The notes beneath the pieces are model-generated. The model had not been told where the DNA came from. It searched no databases and saw only the letters and a list, made by a program, of their open reading frames with translations. From the NCBI GenBank assembly GCA_002410925.1, contig DHPR01000011.1, forward strand, positions 11,676 to 75,675: a DNA stretch of 64,000 nt. The letters run 5' to 3'. The translations under genes were made by a program, and so were the position numbers. Source of the stretch: a bacterium UBP13_UBA5359. GTDB taxonomy: Bacteria; UBP13; UBA5359. Of the stretch, positions 55,478 through 64,000 are shown piece by piece (the first letter of the stretch is position 1; every line of letters starts with the position of its first letter).

Positions 55478-56671
55478 TTAGCTCACCACGCCGGCCGTAG
55501 CCAGGCTCCTGACTGCCCGCCGGCAGGCGTCGATGCGCGATGCAGCCTCAGCTTCAGGCTTATCCAGTTGCAGCGGCAACAATACGGTGCGCTTCAGGAT
55601 GTCCAGCGTAGCCGGGCACATATCGACAGAGTAATCTATGCGCAGACCTTTGTTCTGCTCCAGGTTGAACGGATTGAAAGCAGGATGGTGCCAGATGTTA
55701 TGATTAAGAATCGGCTCCCAGTTGCTGTAAACATGCTTGCCGCTGTTGATGGGAATACCGCCCATTACACCATCCGTGCCGGCAAAGGCCTGGGCTGATG
55801 CTTCGTCGGGGAAGATAAATCCTAGAGTGGTACCGCAATCGCCATCGATATCATTGGATCTCAGGAAGGTAATTCCCGGCTCACCGGACAGCTCCTCCAT
55901 ATACTGTCTCTTCAGCGCCCGCAGATCGGAGAGTATACCTTCCAGGCGGCTCAATTGCACCCGAAGAATGGCCCCGGTCACTTCGCTGATACGGTACTGC
56001 TGAGCAGCGAATACCGGGATGGAGAGGCCTGAAGTATAGGGGCGGAATGACGCCCCTCCGTCATGAAAGACCAGCGCTCTCTCGTAGATCAGTGGATCGT
56101 CGGTGACCATGGCGCCACCCTCGCCGGCGGTCAGTATCTTATAGTCGTTGAAGCTGTAAGCACCGGCAACACCCCAGGAACCCAATCTCTTGCCCTTATA
56201 GCTGCCGCCGTCGGCCTGGCAGCAATCCTCCAGTATCTTCAGTCCATATTTGCCGGCAATAGCGGTCAGACTCTCCATATCGGCCGGGAAACCGTTGATA
56301 TGCACCGGGATAACAGCCTTGGTTTGAGGTGTTATCTTCTCTTCAACATCCCGAGGATCGAGGGTAAGCGTATCGTCGATTTCGGCAATGACCGGTATTG
56401 CACCTACGGCCGCCACTGCCAGGGCAGTGGCCATGAAGGTGTAGCCCGGCACGATGACCTCATCCCCGGGGCCTATGCCCATTCCCGCCAGAGCACAGAT
56501 CAGAGCTCCGGTTCCGCCTGAAACGCAAAGGGCGTATTCGGCACCTATAGCAGCGGCCCATTCCTTCTCAAAATTGTCTACCTCCTGCCCGGCGTTGTTA
56601 ACCCTGAAAAGCGTTTTGCCTGCAATAACACGGGCTACGGCGTCTACTTCTTCCTGTCCGATGCGATACAT
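55478..56671 (-). CDS. DegT/DnrJ/EryC1/StrS-family PLP-dependent sugar aminotransferase
   Basis: The blocks ALCVSGGTGAL, GDEVIVPGYTF and the Schiff-base region YSFNDYKILTAGEGG are present. Confidence 0.85.
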   Translation of the reverse strand: MYRIGQEEVDAVARVIAGKTLFRVNNAGQEVDNFEKEWAAAIGAEYALCVSGGTGALICALAGMGIGPGDEVIVPGYTFMATALAVAAVGAIPVIAEIDDTLTLDPRDVEEKITPQTKAVIPVHINGFPADMESLTAIAGKYGLKILEDCCQADGGSYKGKRLGSWGVAGAYSFNDYKILTAGEGGAMVTDDPLIYERALVFHDGGASFRPYTSGLSIPVFAAQQYRISEVTGAILRVQLSRLEGILSDLRALKRQYMEELSGEPGITFLRSNDIDGDCGTTLGFIFPDEASAQAFAGTDGVMGGIPINSGKHVYSNWEPILNHNIWHHPAFNPFNLEQNKGLRIDYSVDMCPATLDILKRTVLLPLQLDKPEAEAASRIDACRRAVRSLATAGVVS

Positions 56672-57090
56672 GGCTGTGCCTCCTCAAATATTACAGTGCG
56701 ATCTGACATACAAATCCTATCACGCGCTATATATCGGAACAAGGCACCAAACTTGCCTTATGTTAACATTCCTTGCTGTAAATGCGTATGCTGAAACGCT
56801 TATGCGAAATACGATTGTTATATATTTTCATAATTTTACAGTAGCGGCTTTCCAGGTTATTTTTTTGTCAAATTTTATTCCTGTTATAGTTGGCTAAAGT
56901 TCTCCCGGTCTTTGAATTTCAGACCGGTGATACTATATCTCTGGAAGATCATATTTATGAAAAAGCAAAATAGCCGGCAATCCGCTTGTTTACTGGGCTG
57001 CCGGCTGCCTTTTTCTCCATTTTACTGTAAAAGTTAGGATTCTAGCATTTATCAACAAATATTTGCAAACTTATACTGTTACGCTCAACT

Positions 57091-57120
57091 CAAAAAACAA
57101 AACCCCGTTTGCCACGGGGT
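57091..57120 (-). terminator. Rho-independent terminator downstream of tRNA-Asn
   Basis: The reverse strand reads ACCCCGT GGCAA ACGGGGT followed by TTTGTTTTTT. Confidence 0.6.
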
Positions 57121-57133
57121 ACAAGAAACAAAT

Positions 57134-57208
57134 TGGCTGCTCGAGTAGGATTCGAACCTACAACCCTCCGGTTAACAGCCGGATGCTCTACCGTTGAGCT
57201 ATCGAGCA
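57134..57208 (-). tRNA. tRNA-Asn (anticodon GUU), CCA encoded
   Basis: The manual cloverleaf is as follows. The acceptor stem pairs TGCTCGA with TCGAGCA. The D arm is GCTC-AACGGTA-GAGC. The anticodon arm is TCCGG-CTGTTAA-CCGGA. The T arm is GTAGG-TTCGAAT-CCTAC. The discriminator is G, followed by CCA. Confidence 0.92.
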
Positions 57209-57246
57209 GCGCAAGCGCAGTGAATATTTATTCAGTTGCACAAATT

Positions 57247-57274
57247 ATTCTACCAGAAGTATAAAAAAAATCAA
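57247..57274 (-). promoter_or_regulatory. Candidate tRNA-Asn promoter (TTGATT - 16 nt - TAGAAT)
   Basis: Read on the reverse strand about 40 nt upstream of the tRNA 5' end. Confidence 0.35.
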
Positions 57275-57326
57275 TAGCCGTTGACTTTTTTATCAGAATT
57301 TATCCCGGCCGGTTGATAATTCATAC

Positions 57327-58058
57327 TTACGGCAACAATCTCTCGGTCTTATTCCTGGGCCAAACATCGAGGCGGCAGAAGCCTTCGGCGTACCTGGCAT
57401 CACATTGCAGGCCGCGAAATCGAGCACTGGTTTCTATATACTCAAAAATATCTATATTATCGTGCTCTGCCAGCCAGGTAACCTGGCTCTGATGGCAATT
57501 CAGAGCATTGCGCTTTATCTCATACTCCTCTGTGATATCTACATACTCCTGCGGCAAAAAGCCTACGCCCACCAGCGTATCCATATAGTAGATAGGAGCC
57601 ACTGTGTCATGATACTCGGCTATATCGGTCTTATAATATGGTAAAGTGGCATGAAAGGAGGCATCAAAGACATGCTTGCCGACCATAACATGATCCGGCA
57701 TATAATCGTAGGGTGGGTGGGTGATGATTATATCCGGCCGGGTCTGACGAATAAGATCGATAAACCTGTCCAGGCCATCTTTAGTAGGCGGTATTTCGCA
57801 ATCGGGAAAATCCAAAGCGATTGATTCGGCTCCTATTATGGCAGCGGCTGCTTTGGCTTCCTCTCGACGAATCAGTCGCAACTCGTCACTGGGTATAACA
57901 AAGTGTCCCTTATTGCCGTTAGCGGCATGGCACATATAGACCTTGTGGCCCGCTTTGGCATACTTTGCCAGGGTGCCGGCACAGAGCATTTCAATATCAT
58001 CTGGATGCGCACCTACGGCCAGCACCGTCATTCTTTCTTCCATTCTTATCTCCTCCAT
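57327..58058 (-). CDS. PIG-L/LmbE-family N-acetylglucosaminyl deacetylase
   Basis: The motif VLAVGAHPDDIEMLCAG is present. The track ORF extends to 58115 but overlaps the LOG gene. The ATGs at 58058 or 58043 (after GGAGGAG) are more plausible starts. Confidence 0.8.
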   Translation of the reverse strand: MEEIRMEERMTVLAVGAHPDDIEMLCAGTLAKYAKAGHKVYMCHAANGNKGHFVIPSDELRLIRREEAKAAAAIIGAESIALDFPDCEIPPTKDGLDRFIDLIRQTRPDIIITHPPYDYMPDHVMVGKHVFDASFHATLPYYKTDIAEYHDTVAPIYYMDTLVGVGFLPQEYVDITEEYEIKRNALNCHQSQVTWLAEHDNIDIFEYIETSARFRGLQCDARYAEGFCRLDVWPRNKTERLLP

Positions 58059-58062
58059 CCGT

Positions 58063-58881
58063 TCAAGGGGCTTGCTGCCCTTGCTCATTCTCTTCCAGGG
58101 AAACAGAGACGACATTGCGCTTCTCTGCGTCAGGATATTTCTGGCATACCCCTGCCTTCACTATGGCCGCTACCTCATCTATAGTATCGGCAATGTGAAA
58201 AAGATCCGTATCCCCAGGAGAGATAAAGCCGTCTCCCATCAATCGCTTATTCATCCAATCCATCAAGCCCTGCCAGTGCTCTCTATTGACCAATGCCACC
58301 GGAAAGGGTTTTATCTTTTTTGTTTGAATAAGCGTCAGAGATTCAAAAAACTCATATAGCGTACCGAAGCCTCCGGGCAGAATAACGAAGGCTACAGCAT
58401 ATTTAACAAACATAACGTTCCTGATAAAGAAGTAGCGAAAATTAAGCGGCACAGTCTGATATTGATTGGGTTGCTGTTCATGGGGCAACTCTATATTGAG
58501 ACCTACGGAAATACCACCGGCGGCCATAGCACCCTTGTTGGCAGCCTCCATAACGCCGGGGCCGCCACCGGTAATGATGGCGAAACCATCTCCGGCCAAA
58601 CGATAGGCAATATCATGCGCCAGCTTGTAATCGGCATCACCCGATTTGGTACGAGCCGAGCCGAAGATAGTAACCGCAGGAGGTAAATCAGACAGCTCCT
58701 CAAAGCCGTTGACGAACTCGGACATAATCCGGAACATCCGCCAGGTATCCTGCTTGGTAAAGGCATCTATGAGATATTGCCTCTCTGTATGGTTATTGCT
58801 ACCAGCCTGTGCGGGTTTGATCGATTTGCTCAATTCAATTTCACGCTCCCCTCTATCTTCGCCGTGAAGGCAGGCTATCAA
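58063..58881 (-). CDS. LOG-family (TIGR00730) nucleotide phosphoribohydrolase
   Basis: The motifs GGGPGVMEAANKGA and PGGFGTLYEFFE are present. There is a 4-nt overlap with the upstream gene. Confidence 0.8.
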   Translation of the reverse strand: MIACLHGEDRGEREIELSKSIKPAQAGSNNHTERQYLIDAFTKQDTWRMFRIMSEFVNGFEELSDLPPAVTIFGSARTKSGDADYKLAHDIAYRLAGDGFAIITGGGPGVMEAANKGAMAAGGISVGLNIELPHEQQPNQYQTVPLNFRYFFIRNVMFVKYAVAFVILPGGFGTLYEFFESLTLIQTKKIKPFPVALVNREHWQGLMDWMNKRLMGDGFISPGDTDLFHIADTIDEVAAIVKAGVCQKYPDAEKRNVVSVSLEENEQGQQAP

Positions 58882-60050
58882 ATATTGCGGCCTTTAAACT
58901 CTTCATAGCGTTCCATTATCATACTGTAAAGGCTTTCACCGGGCTTTATCAGGCAGAGGCTCTCTATTACAGCTCCTGCTCCCTTATCGGCTATTTCCTG
59001 CTGTAAAGCTACCGCTGATGGATCACTGGGATGAGCAAAGCATAACGCTGCAGCTATGCCGCCGGCAATATATTGTGGCTTGATACCGCATTTCTCAGCC
59101 ATTCTGGCCGCCCCTACCAGGCGATCTCCGGGCGCCAGTTTGCGATATGGATCACGCCCCACCCGCAGCACGGTATCACGAAGCTTACGGCTGCCAAAAC
59201 GCCGTAATAAATCATCGATATTCTCCTGTAGCCCCAGACGATCCAGACGGTGTTTTTTCTCCAATGCAAGACGTGCTTCCCTCAGAGCACCATACACCCG
59301 GCGATGGATATCTTCATCTTCTATCGCCTCATAGATAAAACGATAACCTTTGATATAGCCTTCATAAGCTGAAAGAGCATGTCCAGCATTATGAATAAAG
59401 AGCTTGCGCTCTACATAAGCAATGAAGTTATCACAGAAGAGAAAGCCCTCTATACGCAAACGTTCTCCCTTCCAGGCAACAGCATCCAGCGGCAATATCT
59501 TGTACGGTTCCACTACCATCAGCAGAGGATCGCTATTATTGAAGCTCTCTTCCATAACGGGCACCATACGGGCTACAACCGTTTCCACAAAGGCTACATG
59601 TTCGCCGGCATAATTAAACAATGCAGGCGGCAAAGCATCCTGCACATACCCGTGCATTATCTTACCCGCATCATAAAGATTCTCGCAAAGAACCACATTC
59701 AGCGGCGTCTGTGCTCCGGCGGCATGCCGCCGGGCAATACCGGTTGCTAAAGTGGGAGCAATATGCCTGAGCGCCCCCCCACCCACAGCCGTAACTACCA
59801 GAGCCGCATCGGCTATCTCAGCTGCAGCCTCCTCTACCTGACGGCCGTCTACAGCGCGAATATTGCCCACCGGTACACGATAGTTCTCTTCGCCGATCGT
59901 CTCTATCTCATAGCTGCCTCGCTCGTTGAGCAGGCGAATCAGCTCCTGGTTGACATCAATAAAAACGGTCTCATAGCCGGATTCATACAGCAACTGAGCT
60001 ACAAAGCCTCGTCCAATATTTCCCGCTCCAAAAATTACGGCTTTTTCCAT
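58878..60050 (-). CDS. mtlD: Mannitol-1-phosphate 5-dehydrogenase-like (mannitol dehydrogenase family)
   Basis: The N-terminus is VIFGAGNIGRGFVAQLL. The size (390 aa) is typical of MtlD. Confidence 0.7.
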   Translation of the reverse strand: MEKAVIFGAGNIGRGFVAQLLYESGYETVFIDVNQELIRLLNERGSYEIETIGEENYRVPVGNIRAVDGRQVEEAAAEIADAALVVTAVGGGALRHIAPTLATGIARRHAAGAQTPLNVVLCENLYDAGKIMHGYVQDALPPALFNYAGEHVAFVETVVARMVPVMEESFNNSDPLLMVVEPYKILPLDAVAWKGERLRIEGFLFCDNFIAYVERKLFIHNAGHALSAYEGYIKGYRFIYEAIEDEDIHRRVYGALREARLALEKKHRLDRLGLQENIDDLLRRFGSRKLRDTVLRVGRDPYRKLAPGDRLVGAARMAEKCGIKPQYIAGGIAAALCFAHPSDPSAVALQQEIADKGAGAVIESLCLIKPGESLYSMIMERYEEFKGRNI

Positions 60051-60057
60051 TATATCC

Positions 60058-60996
60058 TCATTTCAGCGGCGTCTTTTCCATAAATTCCAATGTTTCCTCA
60101 AGACTGCGTATGCCGGTGGTAGCTCCTATGGCAGTCACACAAAGAGCTCCGGCAGCATTGGCAAACTTCAACGTCTTTTCCAGATCCCAGCCTTGCATAA
60201 TGCCGGTTAGAAAGCCGGCTACAAAGCTATCTCCGGCTCCTACCGCATCCACGGCTTCCACCACAAAGGGCGGCATAGTCAGCTCTTTCTCTCCATCGGT
60301 AACGTAGCTGCCCTTGCTTCCCATCTTAATGGCTACCAGCTCGATACCATAATCCATGAAAAAACGAGCAATATCCCGCGGCTCCTTCAATCCGGAGATC
60401 TGCTGTGCTTCATCCAGACTGGGAAGAAAAATATCCAGATGTTGCAGACAGGGTTTTAGCAAAGAGAGCCAGCGCCCAGTAGCATCCCAAGCGGTATCCA
60501 GCGATGTCTTTACGCCCATTTTCCTAATTCTCTCCAGAGCCTCGGCCGCCTGGCGGCCATCGAATTTAGGCATCAGAAAATGTCCGGCTACATGTAATAG
60601 TTGGCTCTGTGCCACTACTGTATAATTAATATCGCTCTCTTCAAAATCTCCGTTGGCTCCGGTATGATGAAGAAAAGTTCTCTCCCCGGAGGAATCCACC
60701 ATAACCATGGTAGCAGAGGTGCTCATCTCTCGGCTGCGAACTATGCCGCGGGTATCCAGCCCGTGATGATTGCAGGCATTAACCATGAAATCACCGAAGC
60801 CATCGTTGCCCACCTTACCGATGATGCCGGTTTTCAGGCCTATCTTAGCCAGGGCTATGCCTGTATTGGCAGCACAACCGCCGCTATGCAGCTCCATCTG
60901 CGATACCAAGGCCAGCTTGCCTTTATCGGGTAGCTCTTCCACCGGTTTAGCTACCACATCGGCTACCAGAATACCCAAAGTAGTTACCTCAAGCAT
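60058..60996 (-). CDS. PfkB-family carbohydrate kinase
   Basis: The block GGCAANT and the C-terminal signature DAVGAGDSFVAGF are present. Confidence 0.85.
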   Translation of the reverse strand: MLEVTTLGILVADVVAKPVEELPDKGKLALVSQMELHSGGCAANTGIALAKIGLKTGIIGKVGNDGFGDFMVNACNHHGLDTRGIVRSREMSTSATMVMVDSSGERTFLHHTGANGDFEESDINYTVVAQSQLLHVAGHFLMPKFDGRQAAEALERIRKMGVKTSLDTAWDATGRWLSLLKPCLQHLDIFLPSLDEAQQISGLKEPRDIARFFMDYGIELVAIKMGSKGSYVTDGEKELTMPPFVVEAVDAVGAGDSFVAGFLTGIMQGWDLEKTLKFANAAGALCVTAIGATTGIRSLEETLEFMEKTPLK

Positions 60997-61127
60997 GTCG
61001 CCTCTCCCTCAATAATACATGCGGTCATCTGTCCACAGTTGTTAATGATCTCTCTTTACGTTCATCGCTCCAGACCTCTCTCGGGAAGACGCCTTTCCGA
61101 GAATCTTTAACCGCTAACTGTTAACCC

Positions 61128-61157
61128 ATTATACCAGCAGCAGCCGAAATGTAACAA
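61128..61157 (-). promoter_or_regulatory. Candidate promoter of the pfkB-mtlD-LOG-PIG-L operon (TTGTTA - 18 nt - TGgTATAAT) with ~130-nt leader
   Basis: Extended -10 read on the reverse strand. The leader contains an imperfect hairpin (TCTCGGAAAGGCGTCTTCCCGAGA). Confidence 0.35.
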
Positions 61158-61339
61158 GGCGGATAAAAGCGCTTCCTCGCTTAAAAGAGATAGGTATCAA
61201 CTGTTTACATTTGCTAAATATGCATACCAAACCCCGAAGCTGCGCACAAATGCTCAGCTCCCGCCAAGATGTTCAGTAACAATTTATTCTGGAAACTTTC
61301 CGAAAATCCTGCTAAAGAGGGTTAAAGAGGATAGAAGTA

Positions 61340-62368
61340 TCAACGCCGTCTTTCCGAAGCAGCCCGTTGCGGCAGCACCATGCCCTTGATCATATCCGGA
61401 GCGGGATTGAGACCGGCCGCTATCTCATCCAGACTGAGACGATGTGTCACCAGTTGCTTGAGTTTCAGGCGACCGGAAGCAATAATCTCTATGCTGCGAG
61501 AAAAGGTGAAGGGATTAATAAATGATCCGATAATACTCAGCTCCCGGCTGAAAATATCGTAGGGTGAAAAATTGACCGGCGCACCCTTCGGAGCTACGCC
61601 GAAGATCAGTATCCGACCTCCCTTACGTGGCAGTTTGAGAGCCTGCTCTACTGTTTCTGTACGTCCCACAGCCTCAACAACCACATCTGCTCCATCCGTG
61701 AATTCCGCTTTCGTAAGGCTATGGAGCCGCTCCGGCTCAACTGCTTCAACAGCACCCAACTCCAGGGCGACAGCCCTTTTAACCGGACTGGGGTCGGAAA
61801 GGATAACACGAGAGGCACCCGCTTCCAGGCAAAGTTGCAGAAGAACAAGCCCTATAAACCCGCCGCCTATAATAACCACGCGCTCGCCGGCACGCAAATC
61901 CAGCAGATCGAGTCCGTGCAGACAACAGGATACAGGCTCCACCATGGCCCCTTCCTCTATATCCATCTGTCCGGGCAGTTTGTAGATCTGTCTGGAGGGT
62001 ACCCGGCAGTACTGGGCGAAGCCTCCGTCTATATCCACCCCCAAAGCAATCAGATTATCGCACAGATGTGGTTGCCCGCGGCGACAGGCGGCGCATTCGG
62101 CGCAATCAACGATGTTGGGGTCTACGGATACTCTGTCGCCAACGACAAAGTTTTTGACCCCGGGTCCTATCTCATCGATAACACCGGCAAATTCATGACC
62201 CAGAACAACAGGAAATTTAGCTGGAGACGTTCCTTTGTTAATGCGAAAATCCGTGCCGCAAAGGCCGGCCGCCTCAACCCTGACCATGACATCACCATAG
62301 CCCGGGGGGATAGGAGAACGCTCTACAACCGCGTAATTGCCAGGCGTATTAAAAACTATTGCTCGCAA
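61340..62368 (-). CDS. Zinc-dependent medium-chain alcohol/polyol dehydrogenase (sorbitol/threonine dehydrogenase-like)
   Basis: The motifs GHEFAGVI, the structural zinc site CAECAACRRGQPHLC, and the Rossmann motif IGGGFIGL are present. Confidence 0.85.
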   Translation of the reverse strand: MRAIVFNTPGNYAVVERSPIPPGYGDVMVRVEAAGLCGTDFRINKGTSPAKFPVVLGHEFAGVIDEIGPGVKNFVVGDRVSVDPNIVDCAECAACRRGQPHLCDNLIALGVDIDGGFAQYCRVPSRQIYKLPGQMDIEEGAMVEPVSCCLHGLDLLDLRAGERVVIIGGGFIGLVLLQLCLEAGASRVILSDPSPVKRAVALELGAVEAVEPERLHSLTKAEFTDGADVVVEAVGRTETVEQALKLPRKGGRILIFGVAPKGAPVNFSPYDIFSRELSIIGSFINPFTFSRSIEIIASGRLKLKQLVTHRLSLDEIAAGLNPAPDMIKGMVLPQRAASERRR

Positions 62369-62369
62369 G

Positions 62370-64000
62370 TTACATCCTTTCCGGAGCCGAGATGCCCATT
62401 ATTGCAAGCAGATTAGCCAGGACCTGGCGTGTAGCCTTGCAAAGAGCCAATCTGGATGAAGAGAGGCCTCTATTCTCGCCCAGGATACGACAATTGTTAT
62501 AAAACTGATGAAATAATGCCGCCAGGTCCTGTGAGAAACGCGGCAGGCGATGCAACTCAAAGGTCTCCGCCACTTCCTTTATCTCACGCGAATAATCCAA
62601 CAGTTTTTTCATCAGCTCTATTTCGCTCGGCTCCTGCAGCAGACTTAGATCAGCCTCATCAGGCTGCAACTTCCATGCCTCATCATGGAATAAGAGGCTG
62701 CAGATACGCGCATGAGCATACTGCACATAGTAAACGGGGTTCTCATTGGATTGTTCCACCGCTAAGGCCATATCAAAATCAAGCTGGCTATCTGTACTGC
62801 GCATGATGAAGAAGAACCGGGCGGCATCACGTCCTACCTCAGCCAGAATATCATCCAAACTGGTGAACTCTCCGGCACGCTTGGACATCATAACCTGCTC
62901 ACCGCCGCGCATCAGACGCACCATCTGTATTATCAGAACTTCCAGAGCCTCGGAAGAATATCCCAGAGCCTGTATGGATGCCCTCATGCGCGGGATATAA
63001 CCGTGATGGTCGGCTCCCCAAATATCTACAAGGCGAGTAAATCCTCTGTCCAGTTTATTTTTATGATAAGCTATATCCGCAGCCAGATAGGTGGGCACCT
63101 CGTTTTGGCGTATCAGTACACGATCCTTATCATCACCGAAAGCGGTGGCTTTAAACCATAGCGCATCAGCATTGGAATAAACATAGCCCCTCTCTTTAAG
63201 CGCTTCTATGCCTTCTTCCACTAAACCGGATTCATAAAGATCGCATTCGCTGAACCATGTATCAAAGGTTACCCCGAAATTCTCCAGCGTCTTTTTCTGT
63301 TCAGCCAGAAGGCGCTTTTCACCTATTTTACGAAAATGAGCTATACGTTCCTCTTCAGGCATCTTACTGGGAACATCGCCCTCCCGTTCAAATATATCGC
63401 GGGCAATATCAATTATATATTCACCGTGATAACCATCTGCGGGCATCGCTGCCGCCTCTCCCAGGATTTCACGATAGCGAACATCTATGGAACGCCCCAA
63501 CATCTCCATCTGAGTGCCGGCATTATTTATATAGAATTCCTTGCTCACATCCCTGCCGGCGGCTTTGAGCAACCTGGCCAGCGTATCGCCCACAGCGGCA
63601 CCGCGCCCATGCCCTACATGCAGCGGACCTGTGGGATTGGCGCTGACAAATTCCACCAATATGCGTTCACCCGGTAGCGGCTCTGCACAACCGTAATCTT
63701 TTTTCTCCGCTAATATGCGTTTCAGATTATCGGCCAGGATCTTTTGAGCCATGAAAAAATTTATGAAACCAGGGCCGGCTACCTCTGTGCTACTGATGAT
63801 ATCAGTGTCCAGGTCCAACCGCTGTTTGATGGCCTCCGCCAGCATTCTAGGCGGCATGGAACTGCCCTTGGCTGCCTGCAGCGCAATGTTGCAAGCATAA
63901 TCTCCATGCGCTTTATCACGGGGAACCTCTATGATTACTTCCGCTCTGTTATCGACAGAGAGAATGCCCTCTTCCCGCAGGAGTTGCAATGCATGGGCTA
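62370..64000 (-). CDS. argS: Arginine--tRNA ligase (5' end beyond the window edge)
   Basis: The HIGH motif is ANPTGPLHVGHGR and the KMSK motif is MMSKRAG. The frame stays open upstream of the TTG at 63989 (...AHALQLL), so the true start lies off-window. Confidence 0.9.
   Translation of the reverse strand, partial: AHALQLLREEGILSVDNRAEVIIEVPRDKAHGDYACNIALQAAKGSSMPPRMLAEAIKQRLDLDTDIISSTEVAGPGFINFFMAQKILADNLKRILAEKKDYGCAEPLPGERILVEFVSANPTGPLHVGHGRGAAVGDTLARLLKAAGRDVSKEFYINNAGTQMEMLGRSIDVRYREILGEAAAMPADGYHGEYIIDIARDIFEREGDVPSKMPEEERIAHFRKIGEKRLLAEQKKTLENFGVTFDTWFSECDLYESGLVEEGIEALKERGYVYSNADALWFKATAFGDDKDRVLIRQNEVPTYLAADIAYHKNKLDRGFTRLVDIWGADHHGYIPRMRASIQALGYSSEALEVLIIQMVRLMRGGEQVMMSKRAGEFTSLDDILAEVGRDAARFFFIMRSTDSQLDFDMALAVEQSNENPVYYVQYAHARICSLLFHDEAWKLQPDEADLSLLQEPSEIELMKKLLDYSREIKEVAETFELHRLPRFSQDLAALFHQFYNNCRILGENRGLSSSRLALCKATRQVLANLLAIMGISAPERM

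Noticed and set aside
56972-57006. Hairpin AGCCGGCA ... TGCCGGCT followed by CTTTTTCT
   Set aside because: The loop is 19 nt and no plus-strand gene ends upstream. A clearer terminator for the tRNA is at 57091..57120.
1-64000. Search for CRISPR arrays, rRNA genes, prophage or known defence-system gene sets
   Set aside because: No regularly spaced direct repeats, no rRNA signatures, and no phage structural, integrase, restriction, Cas, TIR, or STAND-type proteins were recognised by eye. The only mobile-element trace is the IS3 relic.

Overview
This is a bacterial chromosomal segment of about 48 intact CDS plus 2 RNA genes. About 92% of the genes are on the minus strand.

The housekeeping anchors are:
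- rpmE (left edge)
- dnaE
- a nif3 / SigH-like sigma / Ser-Thr kinase / RNase HI / rnpB (type A RNase P RNA) cluster
- tRNA-Asn(GUU)
- argS (right edge)

The rest is mostly carbohydrate and organic-acid metabolism:
- A LarA-family racemase, FAD oxidase, GntR regulator and malic enzyme cluster.
- GH130, UxaE plus an MFS transporter, NanE, a GH78 rhamnosidase with a class II aldolase, and GH38.
- A DegT aminotransferase / Gfo-Idh-MocA / TIM-barrel / amidohydrolase cluster.
- A PfkB kinase, MtlD-like dehydrogenase, LOG and PIG-L operon.

The most unusual part is a visibly AT-richer block of about 19 kb (about 29.7-49.1 kb). It holds two adjacent operons with the same grammar: sugar-type regulator, then an orphan H-X9-DG pseudopilin, then a small sugar enzyme or lectin, then a pair of large secreted paralogues. 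No pilus or T2SS machinery is present anywhere in the window. A decayed IS3 element separates the two operons. Each operon shows recent internal duplication or gene conversion: a 271-bp patch at about 98% identity in one, and a 700-bp direct repeat in the other.

Several gene relics are present:
- a truncated solute-binding protein
- a phosphodiester-glycosidase fragment
- a truncated oxidoreductase
- a frameshifted amidohydrolase

No CRISPR array, rRNA or recognisable defence system was seen. All family calls come from reading motifs by eye; no searches were run.
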